The translations under genes were made by a program, and so were the position numbers. Positions 42,001 through 52,506 of a stretch of 64,000 nt of DNA are shown here, in pieces. The notes beneath the pieces were generated by a model that saw nothing but the letters and a program-made list of their open reading frames with translations, was not told the DNA's origin and made no database searches. Origin of the DNA: Eledone cirrhosa (taxonomy: Eukaryota); the NCBI GenBank assembly GCA_964016885.1, contig OZ024741.1, positions 172,918,001 to 172,982,000 on the forward strand, given 5' to 3'. Numbering within the stretch: position 1 is the stretch's first letter; each line of letters starts with the position of its first letter.

Positions 42001-45000
42001 TGTGGTGAGAGGAGAGGGTGGCTGTTGACAAGGTGTGATGAGGGGAGAGGGTGGCAGTTGACAAGGTGTGATGAGAGGAGGTGAGAGTTGACAAGATGTG
42101 ATGAGAGGAGGTGACAGTTGACAAGGTGTGCTGAGAGGAGCTGGTGGAAGTTGATAAGGTGTGATGAGAGGAGAGGGTGGTAGTTGACAAGGTGTGATGA
42201 GAGGAGAGGGTGGTAGTTGACAAGGTTTGGTGAGAGGAGAGGGTGGTAGTTGACAAGGTGTGATGAGAGGAGGTGACAGTTTACAATGTGTGATGAGAGG
42301 AGAGGGTGGCAGTTGACAAGGTGTGATGAGAGGAGAGGGTGGCAGTTGACAAAGTGTGATGAGAGGAGAGGGTGGTAGTTGACAAGGTTTGGTGAGAGGA
42401 TAGGTTGGCAGTTGACAAGGTGTGATGAGAGGAGGTGACAGTTTACAATGTGTGATGAGAGGAGAGGGTGGCAGTTGACAAGGTGTGATGAGAGGAGAGG
42501 GTTGCAGTTGACAAGGTGTAATGAGGAGAGAGGGTGACAGTTGACAAGGTGTGATGAGAGGAGAGGGTGGCAGTTGACAAGGTGTGATGAGAGGAGTGGG
42601 TGGCAGTTGACAAGTTGTGATGAGAGGAGGTGAAAGTTGACAGGGTGTGATGAGAGGAGAGGGTGAGAGTTGACAAGGTTTGGTGAGAGGAGAGGGTGGC
42701 AGTTGGCAAGGTGTGGTGAGAGGAGAGGGTGGCAGTTGACAAGGTTTGATGAGAGGAGAGGGTGCCAGATGACAGGGTGTGATGAGAGGAGAGGGTGGTA
42801 GTTGACAAGGTTTGGTGAGAGGATAGGTTGGCTGTTGACAAGGTGCGATGAGAGGAGAGGGTGCCAGTTGACGAGGTGTGATGAGAGGAGAGGGTGGCAG
42901 TTGACAATGTGTGATGCGAGGAGAGGGTGGCAGTTGACAAGGTGTGATGATAGCAGAGGGTGGGAGTTGACAATGTGTGATGAGAGGAGAGTGTGAGAGT
43001 TGACAAGGTGTAATGAGGGGAGAGGGTGGAAGTTGACAAGTTGTGATTAGAGGAGTGGGTGGTAGTTGACGAGGTGTGATGAGAGGAGAGGGTGGCAGTT
43101 GACAATGTGTGATGAGAGTAGGTGACTGTTGACAAGGTGTGATGAGAGGAGAGGGTGGCAGTTGATAAGGTGTGATGAGAAGAGAGGGTGGCAGTTGACA
43201 AGGTGTAATGAGGGGAGAGGGTGGCAGTTGACAAGGTGTGATGAGAGGATGTGAAAGTTGACAAGGTGTGATGAGAGGAGAGGGTGGCAGTTGACAAGGT
43301 GTGATGAGAGGAGGTGACAGTTTACAAGGTGTGATGAGAGGAGTTGACAGTTGACAAGGTGTGATTTGAGGAGAGTGTGGCAGTTGACAAGGTGTGATGA
43401 GAAGAGAGGGTGGCAGTTGACAAGGTGTGATGAGAGGAGAAGGTGGTAGTTGACGATGTGTGAGGAGAGGAGTGGTTGGCAGTTGACAACGTGTGATGAG
43501 AGGAGAGGGTGGTAGTTGACAAGGTTTGGTGAGAGGAGTGGGTGGCAGTTGACAAGGTGTGATGAGAAGAGGTGGCAGTTGACAAGGTGTGATGAGAGGA
43601 GAGGGTGGCTGTTTACAAGGTGTGATGAGAGGAGGTGGTGGCAGTTGACAAGGTGTGGTGAGAGGAGGTGAAAGTTGACAAGGTGTGATGAGAGGAGAGG
43701 GTGGCAGTTGAAAAGGTGTGGTGAGAGGAGAGGGTGGCTGTTTACAAGGTGTGATGAGGGGAGAGGGTTCCAGTTGACAAGGTGTGATGAGAGGAGATGG
43801 TGACAGTTGACAAGATGTGATAAGAGGAGGTGGTGGCAGTTGACAAGGTGTGGTGAGAGGAGGTGACAGTGGACAAGGTGTGATGAGAGGAGAGGGTGGA
43901 TGTTGATAAGGTGTGATGAGAGTAGAGGGTGGCAGTTGACAATGTGTAGTTCTAGGAGAGGGTGGCATTTGACAAGGTGTGATGAGAGGAGGTGACAGTT
44001 GACAAGATGTGATGAGAGGATGTGACAGTTGACAGGGTGTGCTGAGAGGAGCTGGTGGAAGTTGATATGGTGTGATGAGAGGAGAGGGTGGTAGTTGAAA
44101 AGGTGTGGTGAGAGGATAGGGTGGCAGTTGACAAGGTGTGATGAGAGGAGGTGACAGTTTACAAGGTGTGATGAGAGGAGAGGGTGGCAGTTGACAAGGT
44201 GTGATGAGAGGAGAGGGTTGCAGTTGACAAGGTGTGATGAGGAGAGAGGGTGACAGTTGACAAGGTGTGATGAGAGGAGAGGGTGCCAGTTGACAAGGTG
44301 TGATGAGGAGAGAGGGTGACAGTTGACAAGGTGTGATGAGAGGAGTGGGTGGCAGTTGACAAGGTGTGATGAGAGGAGGTGAAACTTGACAAGGTGTGAT
44401 GAGAGGAGAGGGTGAGAGTTGACAAGGTTTGGTGAGAGGAGAGGGTGGCAGTTGACAAGGTGCTATGAGAGGAGAGGGTGCCAGTTGACAAGGTGTGATG
44501 AGAGGAGAGGGTGGCAGTTGACAAGGTGTGATGATAGGAGAGGTTGGGAGTTGACAATGTGTGATGAGAGGAGAGTGTGAGAGTTGACGAGGTGTGATGA
44601 GAGGAGAGGGTGGCAGTTGACAAGGTGTGATGAGAGGAGAGGGTGGCAGTTGACAAGGTGTGATAAGAGGAGTGGTTGGCAGTTGACAAGGTGTGATGAG
44701 AGGAGGTGACAGTTGACAAGGTGTGATGAGAGGAGTTGACAGTTGACAAGGTGTGATTTGAGGATAGGGTGGCAGTTGACAGGGTGTGATGAGAAGAGAG
44801 GGTGGCAGTTGACAAGGTGTGATGAGAGGAGAGGGTGGCAGTTGGCAAGTTGTGGTGAGAGGAGAGGGTAGCAGTTGACAAGGTGTGATGAGAGGAGAGG
44901 GTGGCATTTGACTAGGTGTGATGAGAGGAGAGGGTGGCAGTTGACAAGGTGTGATGAGAGGAGTGGGTGGCAGTTGACAAGGTGTGATGTGAAGAGAGAG

Positions 45001-48000
45001 TGGCAGTTGACAAGGTGTGGTGAGAGGACAGGGTGGCAGTTGACAAGGTGTGATGAGAGGAGGTGACAGTTGACAAGGTGTTATGAGAGGAAAAGGTGGC
45101 AGTTGCCAAGATGTGGTGAGAGGAGGGGGTGGCAGTTGACAAGGTGTGATCAGGGGAGAGGGTGACAGTTGACAAGGTGTGATGAAAGGGGGTGGTGGCA
45201 GTTGACAAGGTGTGGTGAGAGGAGGTGACAGTGGACAAGGTGTGATGAGAGAAGAGGGTGGCAGTTGACAAGGTTTGATGAGAGGAGAGGGTGACAGTTG
45301 ACAAGGTGTGATGAAAGGGGGTGGTGGCAGTTGACAAGGTGTGGTGAGAGGAGGTGACAGTGGACAAGGTGTGATGAGAGAAGAGGGTGGCAGTTGACAA
45401 GGTTTGATGAGAGGAGAGGGTGGCAGTTGACAAGGTGTGATGAGAGGAGGTGAAAGATGACAAGGTGTGATGAGAGGAGAGGGTGAGAGTTGACAAAGTT
45501 TGGTGAGAGGAGAGGGTGGCAGTTGGCAAGGTGTGGTGAGAGGAGAGGGTGTCTGTTGACAAGGTGCGATGAGATGAGAGGGTGCCAGTTGACAAGCTGT
45601 GATGAGAGGAGAGGGTGGCAGTTGACAAGGTGTGATGAGAGGAGAGGGTGGCAGTTAACAAGGTGTGGTGAGAGGAGAGGGTGGCACTTGACAAGGTGTG
45701 ATGAGAGGAGAGGGTGGCAATTGACAAGTTGTGATGAGGGGAGAGGGTGGCAGTTGACAAGGTTTGATGAGAGGAGGTGGTGGCAGTTGACAAGGTGTGG
45801 TGAGAGGAGGTGCAAGTTGACAAGGTGTGATGAGAGTAGAGGGTGGCAGTTGAAAAGGTGTGGTGAGAGGAGAGGGTGCTGTTGACAAGTTGTGATGAGG
45901 GGAGAGGGTGGCAGTTGACAAGGTGTGATGAGAGGAGAGGGTGGCAGTTGACAAGGTGTGATGAGAGGAGAGGGTGGCAGTTGACAAGGTGTGATGAGAG
46001 GAGACGGTGGCAGTTGACAAGGTGTGATGAGAGGAGACGGTGGCAGTTGACAAGGTGTGATGAGAGGAGAGGGTGGCAGTTGACAGGGTGTGATGAGAGG
46101 AGAAGGTGGTAGTTGACGATGTGTGATGAGAGGAGAGGGTGGCAGTTGACAGGGGGTGATGAGATTAGTGCGTGGCAGTTGACAAGGTGTGATGAGAGGA
46201 GAGGGTGGCAGTTGAAAAGGTGTGGTGAGAGGAGAGGGTGGCAGTTGACAAGGTATGATGAGAAGAGAGGGTGGCAGTTAACAAGGTGTGATGAGAGGAG
46301 AGGGTGGAATTTGACAAATTGTGATGAGAGGAGAGGGTGGTAGTTGACAAGGTGTGATGAGAGGAGGTGGTGGCAGTTGACAAGGTGTGATGAGAGGAGA
46401 GGGTGGCATTTGACAAGGTGTGATGAGAGGAGAGAGTGGCAGTTGACAAGGTGTGATGAGAGGAGAGGGTGGTAGTTGACAAGGTGTGATGAGAGGAGGT
46501 GACAGTTGACAAGGTGTGATGAGAGGAGAGGGTGGCAGTTGAAAATGTGTGATGAGAGGAGAGGGTGGCAGTTGACAAGGTGTGATGAGGGGAGAGGGTG
46601 GCAGTTGACAAGGTGTGATGAGAGGCGGTAAAATTTGACCAGGTGTGATGGGAGGAGAGGGTGGCAGTTGACAAGGTGTGATGAGAGGAGGTGGTGGCAG
46701 TTGAGAAGGTGTGGTGAGAGGAGAGGGTGGCACTTGACAAGGTGTGATGAGAGGAGGTGGTGACAGTTGACAGGGTGTGATGAGAGGAGGTGAAAGTGGA
46801 CAAGGTGTGGTGAGAGGAGAGGGTGGTAGTTGCCGAGGTGTGATGAGAGGAGAGGGTGACAGTTGACAAGGTGTGATGAGAGGAGAGGGAGGCAGTTGAC
46901 AAGGTGTGATGAGAGGAGGTGACAGTTGACAAGGTGTGATGAGAGGAGAGGGTGGCAGTTGACAAGGTATGATGAGAGGAGAGGGTGGCAGTTGACAAGG
47001 TGTGATGAGAGGAGGTGAAAGTTGACAAGGTGTAATGAGGGGAGAGGTTGGCAGTTGACAGGGTGTGATGTGAGGAGAGGGTGGTAGTTGACGAGGTGTG
47101 ATGAGAGGAGAGGGTGGCAGTTGACAAGGTATGATGAGAGGAGGTGACAGTTGACAAGGTGTGATGAGAGGAGAGGGTGGCAGTTGACAAGGTTTGATGA
47201 GAGGTGAGGGTGGCAGTTGACAAGGTATGATGAGAGGAGAGGGTGGCAGTTGACAAGGTGTAATGAGGGGAGAGGTTGGCAGTTGACAGGGTGTGATGTG
47301 AGGAGAGGGTGGTAGTTGACGAGCTGTGATGAGAGGAGAGGGTGGCAGTTGACAAGGTGTGATGAGAGGAGAGGGAGGCAGTTGACAAGGTGTGATGAGA
47401 GGAGGTGACAGTTGACAAGGTGTGATGAGAGGAGAGGGTGGCAGTTGACAAGGTATGATGAGAGGAGAGGGTGGCAGTTGACAAGGTGTGATGAGAGGAG
47501 GTGAAAGTTGACAAGGTGTAATGAGGGGAGAGGTTGGCAGTTGACAGGGTGTGATGTGAGGAGAGGGTGGTAGTTGACGAGGTGTGATGAGAGGAGAGGG
47601 TGGCAGTTGACAAGGTATGATGAGAGGAGGTGACAGTTGACAAGGTGTGATGAGAGGAGAGGGTGGCAGTTGACAAGGTTTGATGAGAGGTGAGGGTGGC
47701 AGTTGACAATGTATGATGAGAGGAGAGGGTGGCAGTTGACAAGGTGTAATGAGGGGAGAGGTTGGCAGTTGACAGGGTGTGATGTGAGGAGAGGGTGGTA
47801 GTTGACGAGGTGTGATGAGAGGAGAGGGTGGCAGTTGACAAGGTGTGATGAGAGGAGAGGGTGGCATTTGACAAGGTGTGATGAGAGGAGGTGAAAGTTG
47901 ACAAGGTGTGATGAGAGGAGAGGGTGGCAGTTGACAAGGTGTGATGAGAGGGTGACAGTTGACAAGGTGTGATGAGAGGAGAGGGTGGCAGTTGACAAGG

Positions 48001-48530
48001 TATGATGAGAGGAGAGGGTGGCAGTTGACAAGGTGTGATGAGAGGAGAGGGTGGCAGTTGACAAGGTGTGATGAGAGGAGAAGGTGGCAGTTGACAAGTT
48101 GTGATGAGAGGAGGTGACAGTTGACAAGGTGTGATGAGAGGAGAGGGTGGCAGTTGACAAGGTGTGATAAGAGGAGAGGGTGGCAGTTGACAAGGTGTGA
48201 TGAGAGGAGAAGGTGGCAGTTGACAAGTTGTGATGAGAGGAGGTGACAGTTGACAAGGTGTGATGAGAGGAGAGGGTGGCAGTTGACAAGGTGTGATGAG
48301 AGGAGAGGTTGGCAGTTGACAAGGTGTGGTGAGAGGAGGTGACAGTTGACAAGGTGTGATGAGAGGAGAGGGTGGCAGTTGACAAGGTGTGGTGAGAGGA
48401 GGTGACAGTTGACAAGGTGTGATGAGAGGAGAGGGTGCCAGTTGACAAGGTGTGATGAGGGGAGAGGGTGGCAGTTGACAAGTTGTGATGAGAAGAGAGG
48501 GTGGCAGTTGACAATGTGTGATGCGAGATG
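1..48530. repeat. Giant G-rich minisatellite/satellite array; 33-bp unit with 30-bp variant, about 1,500 units, truncated by the window's left edge
   Basis: Continuous tandem copies of GACAAGGTGTGATGAGAGGAGAGGGTGGCAGTT (33 bp) and GACAAGGTGTGATGAGAGGAGGTGACAGTT (30 bp) with many recurrent point variants. Abrupt end at ~48,530. The consensus unit is 16 G, 9 A, 6 T, 2 C. Unit count estimated from length divided by ~32 bp. Confidence 0.99.
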
Positions 48531-48771
48531 AGCGCCGTGAATAGCAAACAAAGAGAGAGTTAGACAGACCCGACCCTCCTGTTCACTTTTCTCCAACTTA
48601 TCCCTCACTTCCCTAATGTTTCTCCATCTATATTCTCACCGGGTTTTATTTTCATCGTGTAACCCATGCCAACACAGAAAAAAAGAAAGAAGCGTCGCCT
48701 CATTTGCACTCCCCTCCTGCTCTACCACATCCCCAATTTGTCCTCTGCACACCCCATGCCATACCCGATTT

Positions 48772-48896
48772 ACTTACTTCTTCACTCCATGCCAGCACGG
48801 AAATCCAGGTACGTCTCACCAGATACCACTCAAGACAACTCACGCTCTTCAAAACCACGTCCTATGATTTGATGAAGATTTGCCTACCTTTTATAG
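48772..48896 (-). promoter_or_regulatory. Candidate Pol II core promoter (TATA + Inr-like) and 5' splice donor, pointing into the satellite
   Basis: Minus strand: TATAAAAG at 48895-48888; TCA(+1)TAG with A at 48865, 30 nt downstream of the first T; GAA|GTAAGT donor at 48778/48777, alternative CTG|GTGAGA at 48820/48819. Motif-only evidence. Confidence 0.25.
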
Positions 48897-48982
48897 CAGG
48901 TCAAGCTACCCTGTAGAAGCTTCCTAATTTCTCGTTAAAACACCTGTATACCGATTCTCGACCACACTGGCATATATATATA

Positions 48983-49072
48983 TATTAAAATAACAGATTA
49001 AAGTTTAAGCAAAGAATCGTTAAGGGTTTAAGCAGCGATTCTTTGCTTAAATTTTAATCTGTTATTTTAATA
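48983..49072. repeat. Near-perfect inverted repeat (about 39-bp arms, 12-nt loop); possible miniature foldback/MITE at a TA run
   Basis: TATTAAAATAACAGATTAAAGTTTAAGCAAAGAATCGTT followed by AGCGATTCTTTGCTTAAATTTTAATCTGTTATTTTAATA; 2 mismatches; left end abuts (TA)n. Confidence 0.85.
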
Positions 49073-49169
49073 AATATTTGCTCTACGGTTCTTATTTATT
49101 TGATATATATTTATCCTTATCGAGCCCTCTTTGGATTTTAGTCTTCAAATGTATTATTATTACTATATA

Positions 49170-49311
<142 letters not shown>

Positions 49312-49861
49312 CATATATATATGAGTTGGTTTTCTCGATGCTTCTGTCCTTGTGGCTGGCTCACCGGTCGCTGTCTTCAATCTGTCAAGCTGTCTAAACG
49401 TATGCTATTACTCTAAGGTGACACTACCTTATCGAGTGCTTTGCTACACATTCCGGATTGCATATCGTTAGCTTGGCCACAGTCAGAGCTTCGATTTTAC
49501 TGAACTTCCATTTGTATTATTATCTTAATTAATTAATTTAATTAGACAATTCTATTGATTGGTGACTTATTTATGTTTGTTTAATAACGTCTAGTCGAGA
49601 GCTTTATTCGGTTTGTGGAAGGGAATTTATTGCTTTGTTCAAAATTTGAATTTCGACCGCCAAACCGGGGTTACCTCCCTTTGGGGAAAACTACGTGACA
49701 GCCAGCAGTTTTACTGCTACAATTTACACCCGATCGCGGTACAGAACGGAAGCCCTGTTGATAAAGTGAATCCACTGTTTGATCATCCAAAACCAAAAGC
49801 TTGCATACTGCGCAAGTGGAATTGTTGATTTCGGTTCATAGAAACCTATCGGAGATATTGC

Positions 49862-49918
49862 ATAATTGTTTCTACTTTAGGCACAAGGCCAGCAATTACC
49901 CAGTGCATTACTGGTGGC
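49862..49918 (-). mobile_element. Short 3' fragment of a tRNA-derived SINE
   Basis: Minus strand reads ACCAGTAATGCACTGGGTAATTGCTGGCCTTGTGCCTAAAGTAGAAACAATTAT, resembling the ACCAGT..ACTGGGG segment of the SINEs at 56.9 and 58.9 kb and the 3' end of the 55.0-kb relic. Confidence 0.45.
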
Positions 49919-50793
49919 TGATATGGTCCAGATTTGTCAAATTATCCTGAGTTGGTTTTCTCGTTGCTTTGGTCCTTGTGGCTGAATCAAACGACCAGAA
50001 ATGGTATTACGTCGGGTCTACCACTACCTCCTTTAAATCCGCTGGTATTGTCATCGATTTTCGATTAAACATCCTGAACACCGTTATGTAACCACGCTCG
50101 CCAATAAGACCTGGCAACTGCGTGAGTACAACCGGCAGTTCACCTTAAAATGGGATAAATTATCCAGCGCTAGTGCATATCGGAGTGGATTGAAGTACTG
50201 CAGATTATGCAACCTTGAACTCTTTTATATCTTGAAATCTAAAAACAACTTACTAAATGACAGAATCGAACGATCGTTATACTGCAACCACAAACTGAAG
50301 GGTAAATTTTCTCACTATAAAATAACTTAACATAATATGAACCCGAGATTACTACACCATTTTCACGCTAACTAATTTCACTCAATAACTACTTTCTAAC
50401 TATACCCCCCCCCCCCACACACACACACACTACAAGCCAGTACCTTGCTTATCGTAATAAATGGATACTTAAGTGCGATCAGCAAACTACAACTACAAAC
50501 TCGGTGTATATCGCCTTTCCTTCCCCTTCTCTTAGCTTTTTTTTGTCCCCTCTCTCTCTCTTTCTCTTTCTCTCTCCCTCACCCTCTGTCTATCTCCCTA
50601 CTTCCCCACATCTATCAACCTGCTCTCTGTGGCAATAACTAATTCCAAACTTGACAATATCAACACAATGCCTAAGTTGTCACTTTGAGAATAAGCAGTA
50701 TAATAAAACCACTTGTTGGACCCCTATCATAACATTTAGATTAAGCTATTTGTATTCTTCAAACCACTCTCTCCCATTTCTCCGACCCCTACA

Positions 50794-50797
50794 TATC

Positions 50798-50857
<60 letters not shown>

Positions 50858-50860
50858 TCC
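50794..50860. repeat. (CT)n microsatellite
   Basis: Visible CT run within a pyrimidine-rich stretch. Confidence 0.95.
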
Positions 50861-51109
50861 CCTTCCTTCTCTCTTCCTTTTCTACTCTATCTTCCCCAAT
50901 AACTCCCTTTAAGAAATACAAGGAAATTTACAGTTTAGCCATTTGCTCTGGAGACATGGTAGAATAAACAGCATTTGAAAATTGAGTATCTGCAAATAAA
51001 TAACTACCAATTTGCACATAGTATGACTAGGCTGTATAACTACTATAGAAACATTTGTTAGCACTCGGAATAAATTACCTTTTTATGATGTCTACCTGTT
51101 TTATTATTC

Positions 51110-51115
<6 letters not shown>

Positions 51116-51147
<32 letters not shown>

Positions 51148-51220
51148 CATGCATACATACATACATACATACATACATACATACATACATACATACATAC
51201 ATACATACATACATACATAC
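51116..51220. repeat. (TA)n-(TACA)n compound microsatellite; 5' flank of retrotransposon copy 1
   Basis: Direct inspection. Confidence 0.98.
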
Positions 51221-52480
51221 TTATGCTGTGCCAATTCTAACGCCAACATTTGGCCTACTGAACTGGTCATTGCAAGAACTAAGTGAGATGGATGTTAGAA
51301 CTCGAAAACTTCTCAGTGTTACTGGGAACTTTAACATCAATGGTGATGTGGATACGCTATACTTCTCACGCAAGGAAGGTGGCCGGGGTCTAAAATCAAT
51401 ATTAACAACATATGAGACCCGGATAGTAACACTGAAGCAACACCTTCAACAGAGGAAAAAGGTTGGCAACCATCTTGCCCAGGTTTATGACCATGAAAAA
51501 AGAAATATCATTAGAATAGCGACTGATCTGGAGGAGAGATATGGAATAAAGCCTGATATAAATCTCTCACCCAGAGAAATCGGAAGATCCTATTCAATGT
51601 TCAAACAAGATAAAAAAATTGACCAATTTACAGAAAAAGTTGTGCATGGATACTTGAGGCGTAAAACACAGACCATAGGGAGGATAAACCACTCAAAAAG
51701 CCTGGCATGGAGTTCCGACAAGTTTATGACATCACACCTTGAGGGATATCTCTATGCAATACAGGAACAAGAACTCCCTACCAAATATCTGCTGCACAAA
51801 AGAGGAGGGCCAGCAGCTGACAATAAATGTAGGCTATGTAAAACAAAGATCGAGGATGTAAGCCACATTGTTGCCGGCTGCGAAAGAATGTCATCTCGCT
51901 ACTACCTCCCCATGAGACACGATGGGATAGCTAGAACCATCTGGAACGCACTTCGGAAAACAAAATTAACAACAAACGAGGCAGAATATATTGAGACAGA
52001 TGGCACTAAGGAATACTGGTGGAACCTGAAAATAAAAACTGCCACCAAATTAAAGCACAACCGGCCTGATATTGTTGTTTGGGACCACACATTGAAAACG
52101 TGTTCTGTTGTGGAGATCAGCTGCCCACTTGATGTAAACGTTGTCAGAAAAATACAGGAGACGGAGGACATCTACGGACCATTGATGAGGAGTTTACAAA
52201 TCCAGTATCCAAGATACACCTTTAGCTTCATACCCATCATTATTGGTGCTACGGGTTATATACCAACCCGCTTGGACCAAAGTATGACTGAACTTGGATT
52301 TGCGGACAAAAAGCGCAGCTCCCTAATTCATAGTCTAAAAATGGCTGCGATAGCTGGCACCTTCAAAATTTGCAAAACATTCTTGCGATTCAAGGGATGA
52401 CAATTTCTTTTCTTTTACAACCTTGCCACCAGGAAGGTGGCCGGTCAAAAATATATACTCGAAATTAAGAGAAAGAGAAA
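51217..52480 (+). mobile_element. 5'-truncated RLE-type non-LTR retrotransposon (R4/Dong-like clade), copy 1: RT C-terminus, CCHC knuckle, restriction-like endonuclease, ~80-bp 3' UTR
   Basis: Open frame 51228-52400 with RKEGGRGL, CRLCKTKIEDVSHIVAGC (CX2CX8HX4C), RHD, and NRPDIVVWD..VVEISCP (PD..D/E endonuclease). No poly(A); runs directly into (ACAT)n at 52481. Confidence 0.93.
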
Positions 52481-52506
52481 ACATACATACATACATACAT
52501 ACATAC

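Noticed and set aside
1686-46343. Short plus-strand (TRCDERRGWQL)n ORFs
   Set aside because: Runs of 33-bp units ended by the TGA in each 30-bp unit; a repeat artefact.
1-48530. CRISPR-like array (33-bp periodicity)
   Set aside because: No unique spacers, no cas genes, eukaryotic context.
1115-48608. Giant overlapping minus-strand ORFs (up to 3,790 aa) as annotated protein genes, including His/Ser/Thr-rich mucin-like products
   Set aside because: The unit has no stop in any minus frame, the ORFs overlap in all three frames, switch peptide type at indels and mostly start at TTG/GTG. Not called as CDS; only the frame bias is kept as a hypothesis.
52437-52506. N-terminus of the 451-aa ORF (MAGQKYILEIKRKRKHTYIHTY) as the real RT start
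   Set aside because: It is read-through of copy 1's 3' UTR and the TACA spacer into truncated copy 2.
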